A DNA stretch of 64,000 nucleotides from an uncultured Chthonomonadaceae bacterium (GCA_963835065.1 CAWIEK010000016.1:120329-184328); one strand, 5' to 3'. Positions 1 through 10,216 are shown, counted from the first letter of the stretch. Notes: generated by a model not told the origin, from the letters alone. A program made the numbers and translations.

Positions 1-4
1 CGAA

Positions 5-1276
5 GTGATCGCGCAGGTATGGCAAAAGGGCGACTTAAACCGCGCGCTGGCCGCCGTGTTTCCCAACAACAGCCGCCCCGACCTGAACACGCCCCTGCCG
101 CAGCAAATCGCTGGCGTTCCTATTCTGGAGTCCGCGACGGTATGGGTGGGCGACAACCGATTGGAACCTGACGCCACCGGCGTGTATCACACCGACGCCA
201 AGCAGGTCAGTCTGAAATGCGCCTTCCGCCCGTCGAGTTCGCCAATCACCGCGCAGGCAGCGCTTAACCATGCCAATGGCAAGCCGTTTGCGCTTGTTAT
301 CAGAAAAAGTTTAGAGCAGGGACTCATCCCCCGGCAATCTACGGAACAGACGCTGGATGTTCCCAGTCTGGATGCCGGCCTGAACACCATTCGCATCTAT
401 GCGCAGAACGACAGCGGCATCAGCGATAATTCAGTGCGCGTGGAGCGCATCGCTTCTGCGCAACCGCAAACCCTGCGCGTACTGGCGGTAGGCATCAGCG
501 AGTACAACGACCCCGGTCTGCGCCTGCAGTACGCCCATAAGGACGCGGAGGCAATACGGGACTTTTTCCAAAGCAATGCGCAAGCCGGCGGCAAAAAGCT
601 GTTCGATGACGTGAAAACCGTTCTGGTAACAAATCAGGACGCCACGCGGAAAAACATCGAAAGCAAAATGGAAGATTTGCTGAAAGATGAGAAGCCGGAG
701 GATACCGTTCTGCTGTACTTTTCCTGTCATGGCTTTGACGCGGAGGGCAGGGAGGGCAAGACCTACTACCTGGCTCCCGCCGATGTCGCGGTCAAGCATA
801 CGCAGGGCGGCAGGAACACGATTCAAAACGGCTACGCCTGGAAGGACATTCTGGCGCGGCTGGCGAATGTGAAGGCGAAGCACATCATTGTGATGGTGGA
901 CCATTGCTTTGCCGGCGGCGTCAGCGAAACCCTGAATGACCCGCGCTTCCTCCTGGACAATGAGGACTTCAAGGATCAGAACGAAACCTTGCGCGAACTG
1001 CGGCAAAACAACATCCTGGTTTTCACCGCGTCTGCGGCCACAGAGTACAGTTACGAAGACAAAAATCGCGAACACGGCGCGTTCACGGCTTCCGTTCTGG
1101 ACGCCCTGCAAGGCAAGATGGATGCGGTTCTGTACCCAGACAATCTAGCACAGTTGAACGCGCTGGACTTCTGGGTTCCGCAGCAGGTGTCCGCCAACTT
1201 CAGTTCGCAGCATCCCGGCCTGTTCGCCCTGCCGAATGCCGACAAAGCGGTTCCACTGGCAGTGATTAGGCATTAG
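5..1276 (+). CDS. Caspase-like peptidase C14 domain protein (C-terminal part; probably starts before the window)
   Basis: LAVGISEY strand, FSCHG (His) and VDHCFAG (Cys) dyad, EHGAFT motif; stop codon lies in a (GGCATTA)n repeat. Confidence 0.85.
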   Translation: MIAQVWQKGDLNRALAAVFPNNSRPDLNTPLPQQIAGVPILESATVWVGDNRLEPDATGVYHTDAKQVSLKCAFRPSSSPITAQAALNHANGKPFALVIRKSLEQGLIPRQSTEQTLDVPSLDAGLNTIRIYAQNDSGISDNSVRVERIASAQPQTLRVLAVGISEYNDPGLRLQYAHKDAEAIRDFFQSNAQAGGKKLFDDVKTVLVTNQDATRKNIESKMEDLLKDEKPEDTVLLYFSCHGFDAEGREGKTYYLAPADVAVKHTQGGRNTIQNGYAWKDILARLANVKAKHIIVMVDHCFAGGVSETLNDPRFLLDNEDFKDQNETLRELRQNNILVFTASAATEYSYEDKNREHGAFTASVLDALQGKMDAVLYPDNLAQLNALDFWVPQQVSANFSSQHPGLFALPNADKAVPLAVIRH

Positions 1277-1362
1277 GCATTAGGCATTAGGCATTAGAGA
1301 AGAGAGAAGAGATATTCAGCTAGGTATAAGGGTACATCACCTAATGCCTAATGCCTAATGCC
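1265..1362. repeat. Inverted heptamer array (GGCATTA)n-(AGAAGAG)n ... (TAATGCC)n
   Basis: Read directly; outer arms are reverse complements. Confidence 0.95.
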
Positions 1363-1379
1363 TTCCCGAAGGAGTACCA

Positions 1380-3998
1380 ATGGCATTTCCGGGCAAAGCG
1401 ACCAAAGATTTTTTTATCAGTTACAACCAGAAAGATCAGCACTGGGCTGAATGGGTTGCCTGGGAACTGGAAGAAGCGGGCTATACGGCGATTGTGCAGG
1501 CGTGGGACTTTGGGGCGGGCAGCAACTTCGTCGTGGAAATGGATGAGGCCGCCAAAAACGCCGAACGGACGCTGGCGCTGTTGTCGCCGACGTATATCGC
1601 CTCCATTTTCACGCGCCCCGAATGGGCGGCGGCATTTGCGGACGACCCGACCAGCGTGAATCGCAAACTGATCCCCATTCGCGTGGAAGAGTGCGAACTG
1701 ACCGGGCTGCTGCGGCAGATCGTGTACATTGATCTTGTCGGCAAGGAGGAGCAGGACGCCCGCGAAATCCTACTGGCGCAGATCAAGGTCACGGAACGCG
1801 CCAAGCCGGCCACGCGCCCCTCATTCATGGGCAGCCGCAAGCCGGAAGTACAGGCGGTTGTTGCCGTAACCCCGTCCGCGCCCGGCGCGGAAAGTTCCCG
1901 CCCCGGTTTCCCGACCGCCAATGCGCCGTTTCAAGTGCCGTATCCGCGCCTCGCCTTTTTCACGGGGCGAGACGATCAACTGAATGCGCTGCATCAGGCG
2001 CTTATCGGGGGCGGGCGTACCACCGCGATACAGGCGCTTACCGGATTGGGTGGCATCGGCAAAACGCAAATGGCCGTTGAGTATGCGTACCAGTACCGGG
2101 AAGAATACAGCGCGATCTTATGGGCGCGGGCCGAAAACGAGCAGCAATTAAAGACGGACTTTGTTGGTATCGCCAAATTGCTGGACCTGCCGGAGCAGGA
2201 CGCGCCGGATCAGGACGAAACCCGCGATGCGGTGAAGCAGTGGCTTGCCTGCAACGAAAAGTGGCTGCTGATACTGGATAACGTGGACGCGCCGGCTGCC
2301 GTGAAACCGTTTCTGCCCGTGATTCACAGTGGCTGCGTACTGCTGACAACGCGCTCACAGGACGTACGCGCGCTGGGGATCGCCATGCCGCTGACCTTGC
2401 CGGAACTGTCGCCGAACGAAGCGCAAGCCTTTCTGCTGAAAAGCACCGGGCGCGAAAACGCCGAGCCGCAAGAGTGCGCGGCGGCAAAACAATTAGGCGT
2501 GGAATTGGGCGGGCTGCCACTCGCGCTGGAACAGGCGGCGGCATACGTCGGGCAAAACGACACGCCGTTTCAAAGCTACCTCAAATCTTTTAAGAAGCGC
2601 CGCCTGGCCCTCCTTAATGCGCAGGACCCCGTACAGGGCGATTATGCCCATTCGGTCGCTACGACATGGGACATCAATTTTCAGGTCATACAGCGCAAAT
2701 CCCCGGCATCGGTAGAACTGCTCAACCTGAGCGCGTTTCTTGCCCCGGAACGGATTCCGCTGGAACTGCTCATCAAATCTGCTGCGCTGCTTGGGCCTAA
2801 ACTGGAAGACGCGCTGGATGGAGCCGAAGAAGACGAACTGGTTCTGGACGATCTGCTGCTGCCCCTGACGCGCTACTCGTTGGCGCATCGTCAGCGTCAG
2901 TCCAACAGCTACGACGTTCACCGGCTGGTGCAGGCCGTGACGCGCCAGAATATGGACGACGCGCAGCGCGAATTGTGGACGGAGCGGGCCGTGTGTGCGG
3001 TCAGCCAATCGTTCCCCGAAGCGACGGTTGAAAATTGGCCGGCTTGCGAGCGGCTGTTGTCCCACGCCCTGATTTGCGCCGACCACATTGCGGCGGAAGG
3101 GTATGAATTTGAACCCGCTGTAGCGCTGCTGATTCAACTGGGCAATTATCTGTATGACCGCGCGCACTACGCCCTTGCCGAACCACTGATGGCGCGGGCG
3201 TTGGCCCTGCGGGAAAAAACGCTGCCCGCCAACGATCCCCAAATCGCCGAGCGCTGCATCAATCTGGCGGTGGTGTATTACCGTCAGCAGCGGTATGCGG
3301 AAGCGGAAGACTTGTACACTCGCGCGCTTCATATTTCGGAGGAGCATTACGGCCCAGAACATCCCGATGTTGCGTACTGCTTGAACAATCTGGCCGTGCT
3401 TTACATGGATCAGAATCGGTACGAGGAAGCGGAACCTTTATATCTTCGCGCCCTACACATACACGAAACCGCGCTCGGCCCCAATCATCAGCATACTGCC
3501 ACAAGTCTGAATAATCTGGCGCTGCTGCTGCAGCATCAGGGACGCTTGCGGGAAATGGAGCCGCTGTACCGCCGCGCCTATCGCATCGTGGACAAGACGC
3601 TCGGCCCCGAACACCCGGATACCGCCATGATCCTGAATAATCTGGCCGAACTTTACGAGCAGTTGAACCGCTATGTGGAAGCGGGGATGCTGTACCGCAG
3701 AGCGCTTGGCATTTTAGAAAAAGTATGTGGCGCGGAGCATCCCTTTGTCGCCTACGTGGTGGCGCATCTGGCCGGGCTGTATGATGAGCAGGGGAAGTAC
3801 GATGAATCGGAAGCGCACTACTGCCGCGCCCTGTCCATTTTCACCAACATTCTGGGCTGTGACCACAAGGAAACCTCGCAGTGCCGCGACAAGTACACGG
3901 CCCTGCTGCGCTCCCTGGGGCGCGACGACGAGGCCGACACGCTCACGCAAAACGCGCAAATCGTGGTGCAGACGCGAGAAAGCGCAGTGCGGCGATAG
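1380..3998 (+). CDS. TIR - NB-ARC (STAND NTPase) - TPR protein (NLR-like)
   Basis: DFFISY TIR start with TRPEW glutamate; Walker A GLGGIGKT, Walker B LLILDNVD, GLPLAL; kinesin-light-chain-type TPRs (HPDVAYCLNNLA); GAAGGAG RBS. Confidence 0.92.
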   Translation: MAFPGKATKDFFISYNQKDQHWAEWVAWELEEAGYTAIVQAWDFGAGSNFVVEMDEAAKNAERTLALLSPTYIASIFTRPEWAAAFADDPTSVNRKLIPIRVEECELTGLLRQIVYIDLVGKEEQDAREILLAQIKVTERAKPATRPSFMGSRKPEVQAVVAVTPSAPGAESSRPGFPTANAPFQVPYPRLAFFTGRDDQLNALHQALIGGGRTTAIQALTGLGGIGKTQMAVEYAYQYREEYSAILWARAENEQQLKTDFVGIAKLLDLPEQDAPDQDETRDAVKQWLACNEKWLLILDNVDAPAAVKPFLPVIHSGCVLLTTRSQDVRALGIAMPLTLPELSPNEAQAFLLKSTGRENAEPQECAAAKQLGVELGGLPLALEQAAAYVGQNDTPFQSYLKSFKKRRLALLNAQDPVQGDYAHSVATTWDINFQVIQRKSPASVELLNLSAFLAPERIPLELLIKSAALLGPKLEDALDGAEEDELVLDDLLLPLTRYSLAHRQRQSNSYDVHRLVQAVTRQNMDDAQRELWTERAVCAVSQSFPEATVENWPACERLLSHALICADHIAAEGYEFEPAVALLIQLGNYLYDRAHYALAEPLMARALALREKTLPANDPQIAERCINLAVVYYRQQRYAEAEDLYTRALHISEEHYGPEHPDVAYCLNNLAVLYMDQNRYEEAEPLYLRALHIHETALGPNHQHTATSLNNLALLLQHQGRLREMEPLYRRAYRIVDKTLGPEHPDTAMILNNLAELYEQLNRYVEAGMLYRRALGILEKVCGAEHPFVAYVVAHLAGLYDEQGKYDESEAHYCRALSIFTNILGCDHKETSQCRDKYTALLRSLGRDDEADTLTQNAQIVVQTRESAVRR

Positions 3999-4158
3999 GC
4001 AGGGAATTAGCCGCGAATGAACGCGAATGAACGCGAATGGTTCATCATGAGGAAACCCCCGTAATGTGAGTATCTCGTCACCGGTGAGTTGTCCTACGAC
4101 GCTCACCGGAAAACCAGTCAAAGAATATAATTGGTTCAAGCGGGGTTTTAGAAAGATA

Positions 4159-4962
4159 ATGCGAATGGCGTTGATGGCGGCGCAGGCAATTGATTTTGGC
4201 GGGGAATGGCACACGCGTATGGTGGTTGCTTCCGATGCTGCCGATGCCGGGGCTATTCTGGATGCGCTTGGTTTGGAGTTGCCGGACGCCGTACTGATGA
4301 TTTTTGGCGGCGCGGCCCACATGGAAACGGGATTGGAAACGGAGATTGCGGCGGCGTTTCGCAATTCTATTTTGCCCATTGTCGCCGCCTGCAACGCCCT
4401 GATTATAGATGGCGGGACGCAGGCGGGCATTATGGAGATCGTAGGCGCATTGGGCGCGGAAGGTACGCCGCGCCCGATTATGCTTGGCGTGGCTCCCCTG
4501 GGCGCGGTGACGTTTCCCGGCAAGGCGCAAATGGCGGACGTTCATGGTTTTGCCGCTGTGCCGGAAGCGGAAATCGGTGGTCTTGCCCCACTCGATCCCA
4601 ATCATTCCCACTTCGCGCTGACGCCCACAACCGAATGGGGCAGCGAAACGGCAACCATGTTCCAACTGGCCGTCGCGCTTTCAAAGCGGGAAGCCAAACC
4701 GCGCCCCCTCGCCGCGCTGCTGTTTAACGGCGGCATGATCGCCAAACAGGAAGCCCTGCAATGTATACGGCAGGGCTGGCCCCTCATCGCGCTGCAGGGA
4801 ACCGGGCGGCTGGCCGACCAGATCGCGCAGGCCAAATCACAGCAACCCCTCACGCCCGAAGATACCGAACTGGCCGAAATCGTCACAAGCGATAGGCTGA
4901 AGGTGGTTTCCCTTGCCGATGTTGCCGACGCGCTGGGGGAGGCATTAGATATTAGATATTAG
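4159..4962 (+). CDS. SLOG-superfamily protein, TRPM-like prokaryotic LSDAT type (start uncertain, 4066-4174)
   Basis: IFGGA, IDGGTQAGIM, LDPNHSHF, WGSET, NGG, GTGRLAD motifs. Confidence 0.85.
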   Translation: MRMALMAAQAIDFGGEWHTRMVVASDAADAGAILDALGLELPDAVLMIFGGAAHMETGLETEIAAAFRNSILPIVAACNALIIDGGTQAGIMEIVGALGAEGTPRPIMLGVAPLGAVTFPGKAQMADVHGFAAVPEAEIGGLAPLDPNHSHFALTPTTEWGSETATMFQLAVALSKREAKPRPLAALLFNGGMIAKQEALQCIRQGWPLIALQGTGRLADQIAQAKSQQPLTPEDTELAEIVTSDRLKVVSLADVADALGEALDIRY

Positions 4963-5058
4963 GCAGAAGAGGGAACAGGGAACAGGAGAGGATGCCCTAT
5001 CAACTATCATCTATCAACTATCAACTCCTGATTCATCCTTCATCCCTCATCCTCATCC
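4943..5058. repeat. Composite heptamer array ATATTAG/GGGAACA ... CTATCAA/TTCATCC
   Basis: Read directly; closely similar to the array at 31864-32012. Confidence 0.95.
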
Positions 5059-5073
5059 CGGAAGGTCACTGCG

Positions 5074-5559
5074 ATGCTCACGGACGCCTGGAAGCTGTAT
5101 GCGAGTTATGATTACAACGCGCAGCTTCAACAGAAAAACTTTCGCCGCTATCAGGGTACGCTGCTGCTGCTTGGATTGGCGGCAACGCTGCTGGCAACGC
5201 TGCTGGCCGGACGGCAGATGGGCCAGATGAGCGGCTTTTGGAAGCTGTCGTTCGTGCCAAATGATAATATCTTTACGACGGCGATTGTGCTGATAACCGC
5301 CGCCACGTCCGGCCTGTTAAGCGCTCTGAGCCGCTACAAGCCGGGAGAAAAATGGCTGGCCCTGCGCGCGTCGGCGCAATCGGTGCAGCGGGAGATTTAT
5401 GGCTATCTGATGCAGGCGGGCGAATACCGCGATCATCCTGAACCCGCGCTGTTGTACCACCGATTAAACGCGATTTCTACGGGATTGGCCGACATCATTC
5501 TGCACGAGCCGATGGCGGCAAGCGCGCAGCCTGCCGATATGGAGCAAGCCGGTAGTTGA
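5074..5559 (+). CDS. SLATT-like (DUF4231) two-TM domain protein
   Basis: Two hydrophobic helices followed by KWLALRASAQSVQREIYGY. Confidence 0.75.
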   Translation: MLTDAWKLYASYDYNAQLQQKNFRRYQGTLLLLGLAATLLATLLAGRQMGQMSGFWKLSFVPNDNIFTTAIVLITAATSGLLSALSRYKPGEKWLALRASAQSVQREIYGYLMQAGEYRDHPEPALLYHRLNAISTGLADIILHEPMAASAQPADMEQAGS

Positions 5560-5569
5560 AACCTTTCCC

Positions 5570-6103
5570 ATGACGCCGGAGCATTATGTCGCGCTGCGCC
5601 TGACCGATCAGGCCGCGTACTATCACCGCAAGGTTGGCAAACTGAACCGGCAGGCGCAATGGCTGCACGGAGCCAGTATTGTGGCCGGCACGGCGGGAAC
5701 CATCCTTGCCCTGCTCAACCACCCCCTGTGGGTTCCCTTTACGGCGGCGGTAACGACAGCCTGCATCAGCTACCTGCAGCAGCGGCAAATCGAAGTGACG
5801 CTGGCGCAGTACAATCAAAGCGGCAACAGCCTGGAGCGTATTGATCGCTGGTGGCGCAACGAACTGACCGAGACCGAGCGCGCGCTGCCGGAAAACCGGG
5901 ATAAGCTCGTCAGCTTCACCGAAGACATTCTCGCGGCGGAACTGACCAGTTGGACGCAAAAACTCAGCGAAGCGATGGCGAAGATGGCGACTCCCCCGAC
6001 GGGAGAGGCAAAAGGAACTTTGACCGCTCCCAATCCTGTCGCGCCTGCTCATGCTGCGCCCGGCCCCGCGCTCCCTCCCATTGTAAATCAAAAAATAATA
6101 TGA
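5570..6103 (+). CDS. Second SLATT-like two-TM domain (may be the same gene as 5074-5559, frameshifted)
   Basis: YVALRLTDQAAYY, two TM helices, LVSFTEDILAAELTSW. Confidence 0.75.
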   Translation: MTPEHYVALRLTDQAAYYHRKVGKLNRQAQWLHGASIVAGTAGTILALLNHPLWVPFTAAVTTACISYLQQRQIEVTLAQYNQSGNSLERIDRWWRNELTETERALPENRDKLVSFTEDILAAELTSWTQKLSEAMAKMATPPTGEAKGTLTAPNPVAPAHAAPGPALPPIVNQKII

Positions 6104-6105
6104 CT

Positions 6106-6140
6106 CTCACTTCCGATACCGTTATAGTATCGGAAGTGAG
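6106..6140 (+). terminator. 14-bp hairpin after SLATT stop
   Basis: CTCACTTCCGATAC-N7-GTATCGGAAGTGAG; no U-tract. Confidence 0.5.
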
Positions 6141-6171
6141 GTCCGTTATACCCTGTATGGAGGCAAGTTGG

Positions 6172-7203
6172 ATGCGCAAAGTTCGTTGTGCCTTTGTTTT
6201 GTTGCTGGCGGCGCTTCTCGCGCCTGTCGGTCTGCAGGCGCAGTCTGTTGCGCCGCCCAAACCCATTCGTTACCACCTGGCGGACTGCCATCTGCATCTG
6301 GTGGACTTTTTGCAGCATACCGATGGCATCAAGGCGCTGCTGAAGGCAATGGATCGCAGCGGCGTAGACGAAGCCATGCTCTGCGGGATGCCTCTTGTTA
6401 AGGAGTGGTCGCTTTCGGAACCAACCCCGCCCCAGTATTATCTGGACGACGACAGCCGCTGCTACTGGTACTCCGCGACGGACATTCTGGTCGCTCGCCA
6501 GATCGAATCGCTGTCGCCCAACGAGCGGAAGCGCTTCCATCCCTTCATCTGTGGGTTCAACAGTCAGGATCGCAACGCCATCGAGCATGTAAAGCGTATG
6601 CTGGAATGGTATCCGAACGTGTGGCAGGGTATCGGCGAAGTGATGACCCGCCACGACGATCTGAGCGCCCTCACGTATGGGGATGCGGCGCATGCGGACA
6701 GCGTTTCGCTGGACCCGCTCTACGAACTGGCGGCGCAGTACGACATGCCCGTATCGGTGCATAGCGATGTGAGTTCCGTGTGGAAGCGTGAGCCGCTTTA
6801 TCTTCACGAAATCGAAAATGCGGTCAAGAAGCACCCGCATACGCGCATCATCTGGTGTCACGCGGGCGTGAGTCGGCGCATTGACGTGCCCACACTGGCC
6901 GGGGAAGTCCGCCGGCTTCTCGCCACCTATCCCAATGTGTATGTGGATCTGTCCTGGGTCGTCTTTGAAACGTACCTCACCAAAGATAATCAGCCCGTCA
7001 ACGATTGGGTCAGCCTCATCGAAGCATTCCCGACACGCTTTATGATCGGTTCGGACAAGGTAGGCAAGTTCGACGACTACCATAAGGAGATGCAGAAATA
7101 CTACGTTTTACTCGACGCCCTCAAGCCTGACACAGCCCGCAAAGTGGCCCGCGACAACTTCCTGGCCCTCCTTCCGCGCGCGCAGCAAGCGGCGGGGCAT
7201 TAA
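6172..7203 (+). CDS. Secreted amidohydrolase-2 family metallohydrolase
   Basis: Signal peptide, DCHLH, IGEV, WCHAG, GSD motifs; GGAGG RBS. Confidence 0.85.
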   Translation: MRKVRCAFVLLLAALLAPVGLQAQSVAPPKPIRYHLADCHLHLVDFLQHTDGIKALLKAMDRSGVDEAMLCGMPLVKEWSLSEPTPPQYYLDDDSRCYWYSATDILVARQIESLSPNERKRFHPFICGFNSQDRNAIEHVKRMLEWYPNVWQGIGEVMTRHDDLSALTYGDAAHADSVSLDPLYELAAQYDMPVSVHSDVSSVWKREPLYLHEIENAVKKHPHTRIIWCHAGVSRRIDVPTLAGEVRRLLATYPNVYVDLSWVVFETYLTKDNQPVNDWVSLIEAFPTRFMIGSDKVGKFDDYHKEMQKYYVLLDALKPDTARKVARDNFLALLPRAQQAAGH

Positions 7204-7228
7204 CGGCCCTTAAAGTCGCGCAGTTCCC

Positions 7229-7735
7229 TCACGGCGTCGCCTTTGCGAAGACGATAAACGGGACCAAACTGGAAATGTTGTTGATCGTCGGGACGATCTC
7301 GAAGAGGTCCGGTTTGATGAGCAGCACATTGCCCGACAGCAATACCTGCCCTTTGGAGGTTAAGGTCAGAAAGCCCTGCGGGTTGCTGAAGGGCTGGGGT
7401 TTCGTCGCTGGTCCCAGCGTCCAGCTGCCCTGCGTCGTTGTGGTCGTCGTTATCCCGGCGTTAGCGCTGCTGTCGGTTAACGTAAAGGAGCCGTTGGCAC
7501 TCAATGTCATTTTGACAAACGTATTTGTCGTCGGACCCGCTTGCCAGATATCGGTTAGCAGGCCGGCAAGGGAAATGCCAGGGTTGCCTCCCCCGCCTCC
7601 ATTACCGCCGCCCCCGCCGCCTCCATTACCTCCCCCGCCTCCCGGCCCTCCCTGAGCCAGTGCCGAGCCTGCAAGACAGGAAAGCAGCAAGCAGAAGGCG
7701 GCAAACCTCGCCAAGTAAAATCGCTTTGTACCCAT
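7229..7735 (-). CDS. Secreted hypothetical protein with Gly-rich linker
   Basis: Signal peptide ending ALA, Gly-rich tract, beta-rich C-terminus. Confidence 0.7.
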   Translation of the reverse strand: MGTKRFYLARFAAFCLLLSCLAGSALAQGGPGGGGGNGGGGGGGNGGGGGNPGISLAGLLTDIWQAGPTTNTFVKMTLSANGSFTLTDSSANAGITTTTTTQGSWTLGPATKPQPFSNPQGFLTLTSKGQVLLSGNVLLIKPDLFEIVPTINNISSLVPFIVFAKATP

Positions 7736-7989
7736 CGGAACGCTGCCTTTCTCCCACAAACCTGTGGGATACGATGTCACGAAGTCCTCATTATCATGGT
7801 GATGTGATTTGGACTGCAGGACCTAATGATCCATGCGCAATAAGGAGAGGCCCGCCGACGCCTGAAAATACAATGGGGATGGAAAAAAGCCTCTCGTCGG
7901 CAAACATTTAGATGCGCCGACCCTATTGAGTGACAAATCACGCGAAAAATGGCATACTGTGCAAACAAAATGGATGCTGAAAACTACAA

Positions 7990-8937
7990 ATGAGGAGGCG
8001 CGTGGTGATCTTTGCGCTAAGTTGTTTATGGCTGGCTGTTGCCGGCAGATTGTGTGGGCAGGAGGAGCAAGCGGGCGCGGGTAAGACTGCGCCTTCGGTT
8101 GAAGTTACTCGCGCAATGGCGGGAGAAACGTATCGCGTTCCTTATCGCCTGAGCGACACCAAGCATATCTTGATACGCGCCCGAATCAATGGCAAAGGGC
8201 CGTTTACGTTTATACTGGATACGGGCGCTCCCGCCATCTATGTGGCAAGCGACGCGGCCAAACAGATTGGCTTGAAGGCCGCGAAAAACGGGTGGGCAAA
8301 TATAACGCGCATGGAAGTGGAAGGCGGCGCAGTTGTCGAAAACGTGGCCGCGCGGCTGGAAGACCCGACGCCCCTCAAAGGCATGAACGCGCTCGGAATG
8401 GAAGGTACGCATATTGACGGCATTTTGGGTTACAACCTGCTGGCCCGCTTTGCGATAGACATTGACTTGTCCCGCCCGCGCCTGCTCTGGACGCGGCAGG
8501 AAGCGTTTGCGGATGACGTGCCGGACATGCAGGCGCTCACGGGTGGCAAGCCGATCACACTGCCCAAAAGCATGGCGCAAATGGACAGCATGGCGGCCAA
8601 TCTGCCCAAGATGATGGCGAAATTAAAGACCGATACCCTTATACGCGGGTTTGTGGGCATTGAACTGCTGCCTGACAACGGGGCGGGCAATGTGGCGGGA
8701 CAGGTACGCATTGCCCGCGTCCTTGCCGATAGCCCTGCTGCCCGCGCCGGGCTGCGGGAGGGAGATATTATTCGCGCTCTGGCTTTGGGTACGTCGCCGT
8801 TTCAGCCGGTGACGCATGCTGCCGACGCGCTGCGTTTGGCGCGCGATTGGGAAGCCGGCAAGCCGGGACGGTTGCAAATACTTCGGAATGGCGGCAAGCG
8901 CGAAGTCGTGGTGACAGCCGGGGCGGGAGGGTTTTAA
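7990..8937 (+). CDS. Secreted retropepsin-like aspartyl protease with PDZ domain
   Basis: FILDTGA, DGILG, SPAARAGLREGD. Confidence 0.88.
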   Translation: MRRRVVIFALSCLWLAVAGRLCGQEEQAGAGKTAPSVEVTRAMAGETYRVPYRLSDTKHILIRARINGKGPFTFILDTGAPAIYVASDAAKQIGLKAAKNGWANITRMEVEGGAVVENVAARLEDPTPLKGMNALGMEGTHIDGILGYNLLARFAIDIDLSRPRLLWTRQEAFADDVPDMQALTGGKPITLPKSMAQMDSMAANLPKMMAKLKTDTLIRGFVGIELLPDNGAGNVAGQVRIARVLADSPAARAGLREGDIIRALALGTSPFQPVTHAADALRLARDWEAGKPGRLQILRNGGKREVVVTAGAGGF

Positions 8938-10001
8938 TGGCAGCAGGGAGACGCTATTTAAATAGGAAGGGAATTCGGTGTTTTGCGAGCCGCGTTCCCG
9001 CGCAAAATGCCGGGGCGTTGCGTAATCGGCTCCTCTTCATGAGCATAATGGCGTGGCTTGGAATCGGCTGCGGCAGCGTCAAAGCGCAGGAGCGAACCAA
9101 CACTACAAACGCTGCTAAATCCGTGTTCACACAGGCGCAACCGGGGCAGTCCATACAGGCAGCGACGGCGGAGACGAAAGCAAGTCATCCCGTTGTAAGA
9201 GTAACCGGACATGAAACACTGGAAATTTTACCGTCTCGGCATCTTGCGCTGCGGGTAATCCTCAATGGAAAAGGGCCGTTCCGCATGATCTTGGATACCG
9301 GATCGCCCATTACCTTCATTACCAACGCCGCCGCTCTGAAAAGCGGGCTGCTGAAAGCGCAGCAGGCCAATCAGCCCGCGCTGTTCGGGATGCGCGGGCA
9401 GGTGATAGCGAAAACAATCGGTGTCGGCAAAACCTTGCTGAACGACTTTCCTTTACTGGTGCTGGATCATCCCGTAATCGAAACCTTGCAGCAGGTGGAA
9501 GGCCCGCTTGACGGCATTTTAGGGTTTTCCTTTTTCGCGCGCTACCGCACGGTGATTGATTATGTCCATAAAAGCGCGCAGTTTACGCCCAACGGTTATC
9601 AGCCGGAAGATTTGTTAGGCAGTTTGATGACGCGGCTGATGAGCAATCAGGCCAGCCATCGGAATCTGGCTTCTCTGGGATTGTGGGGAATGGAAGTGGC
9701 GCAAGCCGCCGCGCCAAAAGCCTCACCGACACCAAAATTCTCACAGCCCGGGCAAAAGGCGGAGCAAAACGATCCACAGCCGGGCATTATAATTACCCGC
9801 GTGTATGCCGATAGCGCCGCCGCGCAGAGTGGATTGCAAGCGGGAGATCGCCTGCTGTCTGTTGAGGAACATTGGACGGACACGCTGGAAGATTGCCTGG
9901 ACGCGGCAGGTCAGATCAAGCCGGGAGAAAAAACCACGTTGCATATTCTACGCGATGGTAAGCCTCTGGATATTGTGATTACCCCGCGCATCGGGCTGTA
10001 A
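8937..10001 (+). CDS. Second retropepsin-like aspartyl protease with PDZ domain
   Basis: MILDTGS, DGILG, SAAAQSGLQAGD; TAATG stop/start overlap. Confidence 0.88.
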   Translation: MAAGRRYLNRKGIRCFASRVPAQNAGALRNRLLFMSIMAWLGIGCGSVKAQERTNTTNAAKSVFTQAQPGQSIQAATAETKASHPVVRVTGHETLEILPSRHLALRVILNGKGPFRMILDTGSPITFITNAAALKSGLLKAQQANQPALFGMRGQVIAKTIGVGKTLLNDFPLLVLDHPVIETLQQVEGPLDGILGFSFFARYRTVIDYVHKSAQFTPNGYQPEDLLGSLMTRLMSNQASHRNLASLGLWGMEVAQAAAPKASPTPKFSQPGQKAEQNDPQPGIIITRVYADSAAAQSGLQAGDRLLSVEEHWTDTLEDCLDAAGQIKPGEKTTLHILRDGKPLDIVITPRIGL

Positions 10002-10054
10002 TCAGTGGGTGTTGGGTATCGTGTGTCGTGTGTTGGGGCAGAAGGCCACGCCGC

Positions 10055-10098
10055 GGCCAAATTTTTAGGAGGGGCATGCCCCTCCTAAAAATTTGGCC
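10055..10098. repeat. 44-bp perfect palindrome
   Basis: GGCCAAATTTTTAGGAGGGGCA|TGCCCCTCCTAAAAATTTGGCC. Confidence 0.95.
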
Positions 10099-10216
10099 TT
10101 TGTTTTCTCAAATTGCCTGTCAGGTTCAAAATGTCGTGACATTATCGGACGTTTTTTGTATATCTTTTGTCTTCGTTCTCCTTTACGTGTTGCCTGTTGC
10201 CTTTTCTCAGTTTCGC

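Noticed and set aside
5950..7203. Amidohydrolase as part of the immune locus
   Set aside because: Separated by a strong hairpin, has its own RBS and a signal peptide.
7588..7650. G/C-rich repeat as part of the heptamer system
   Set aside because: Codon-phased poly-Gly linker with a different period.
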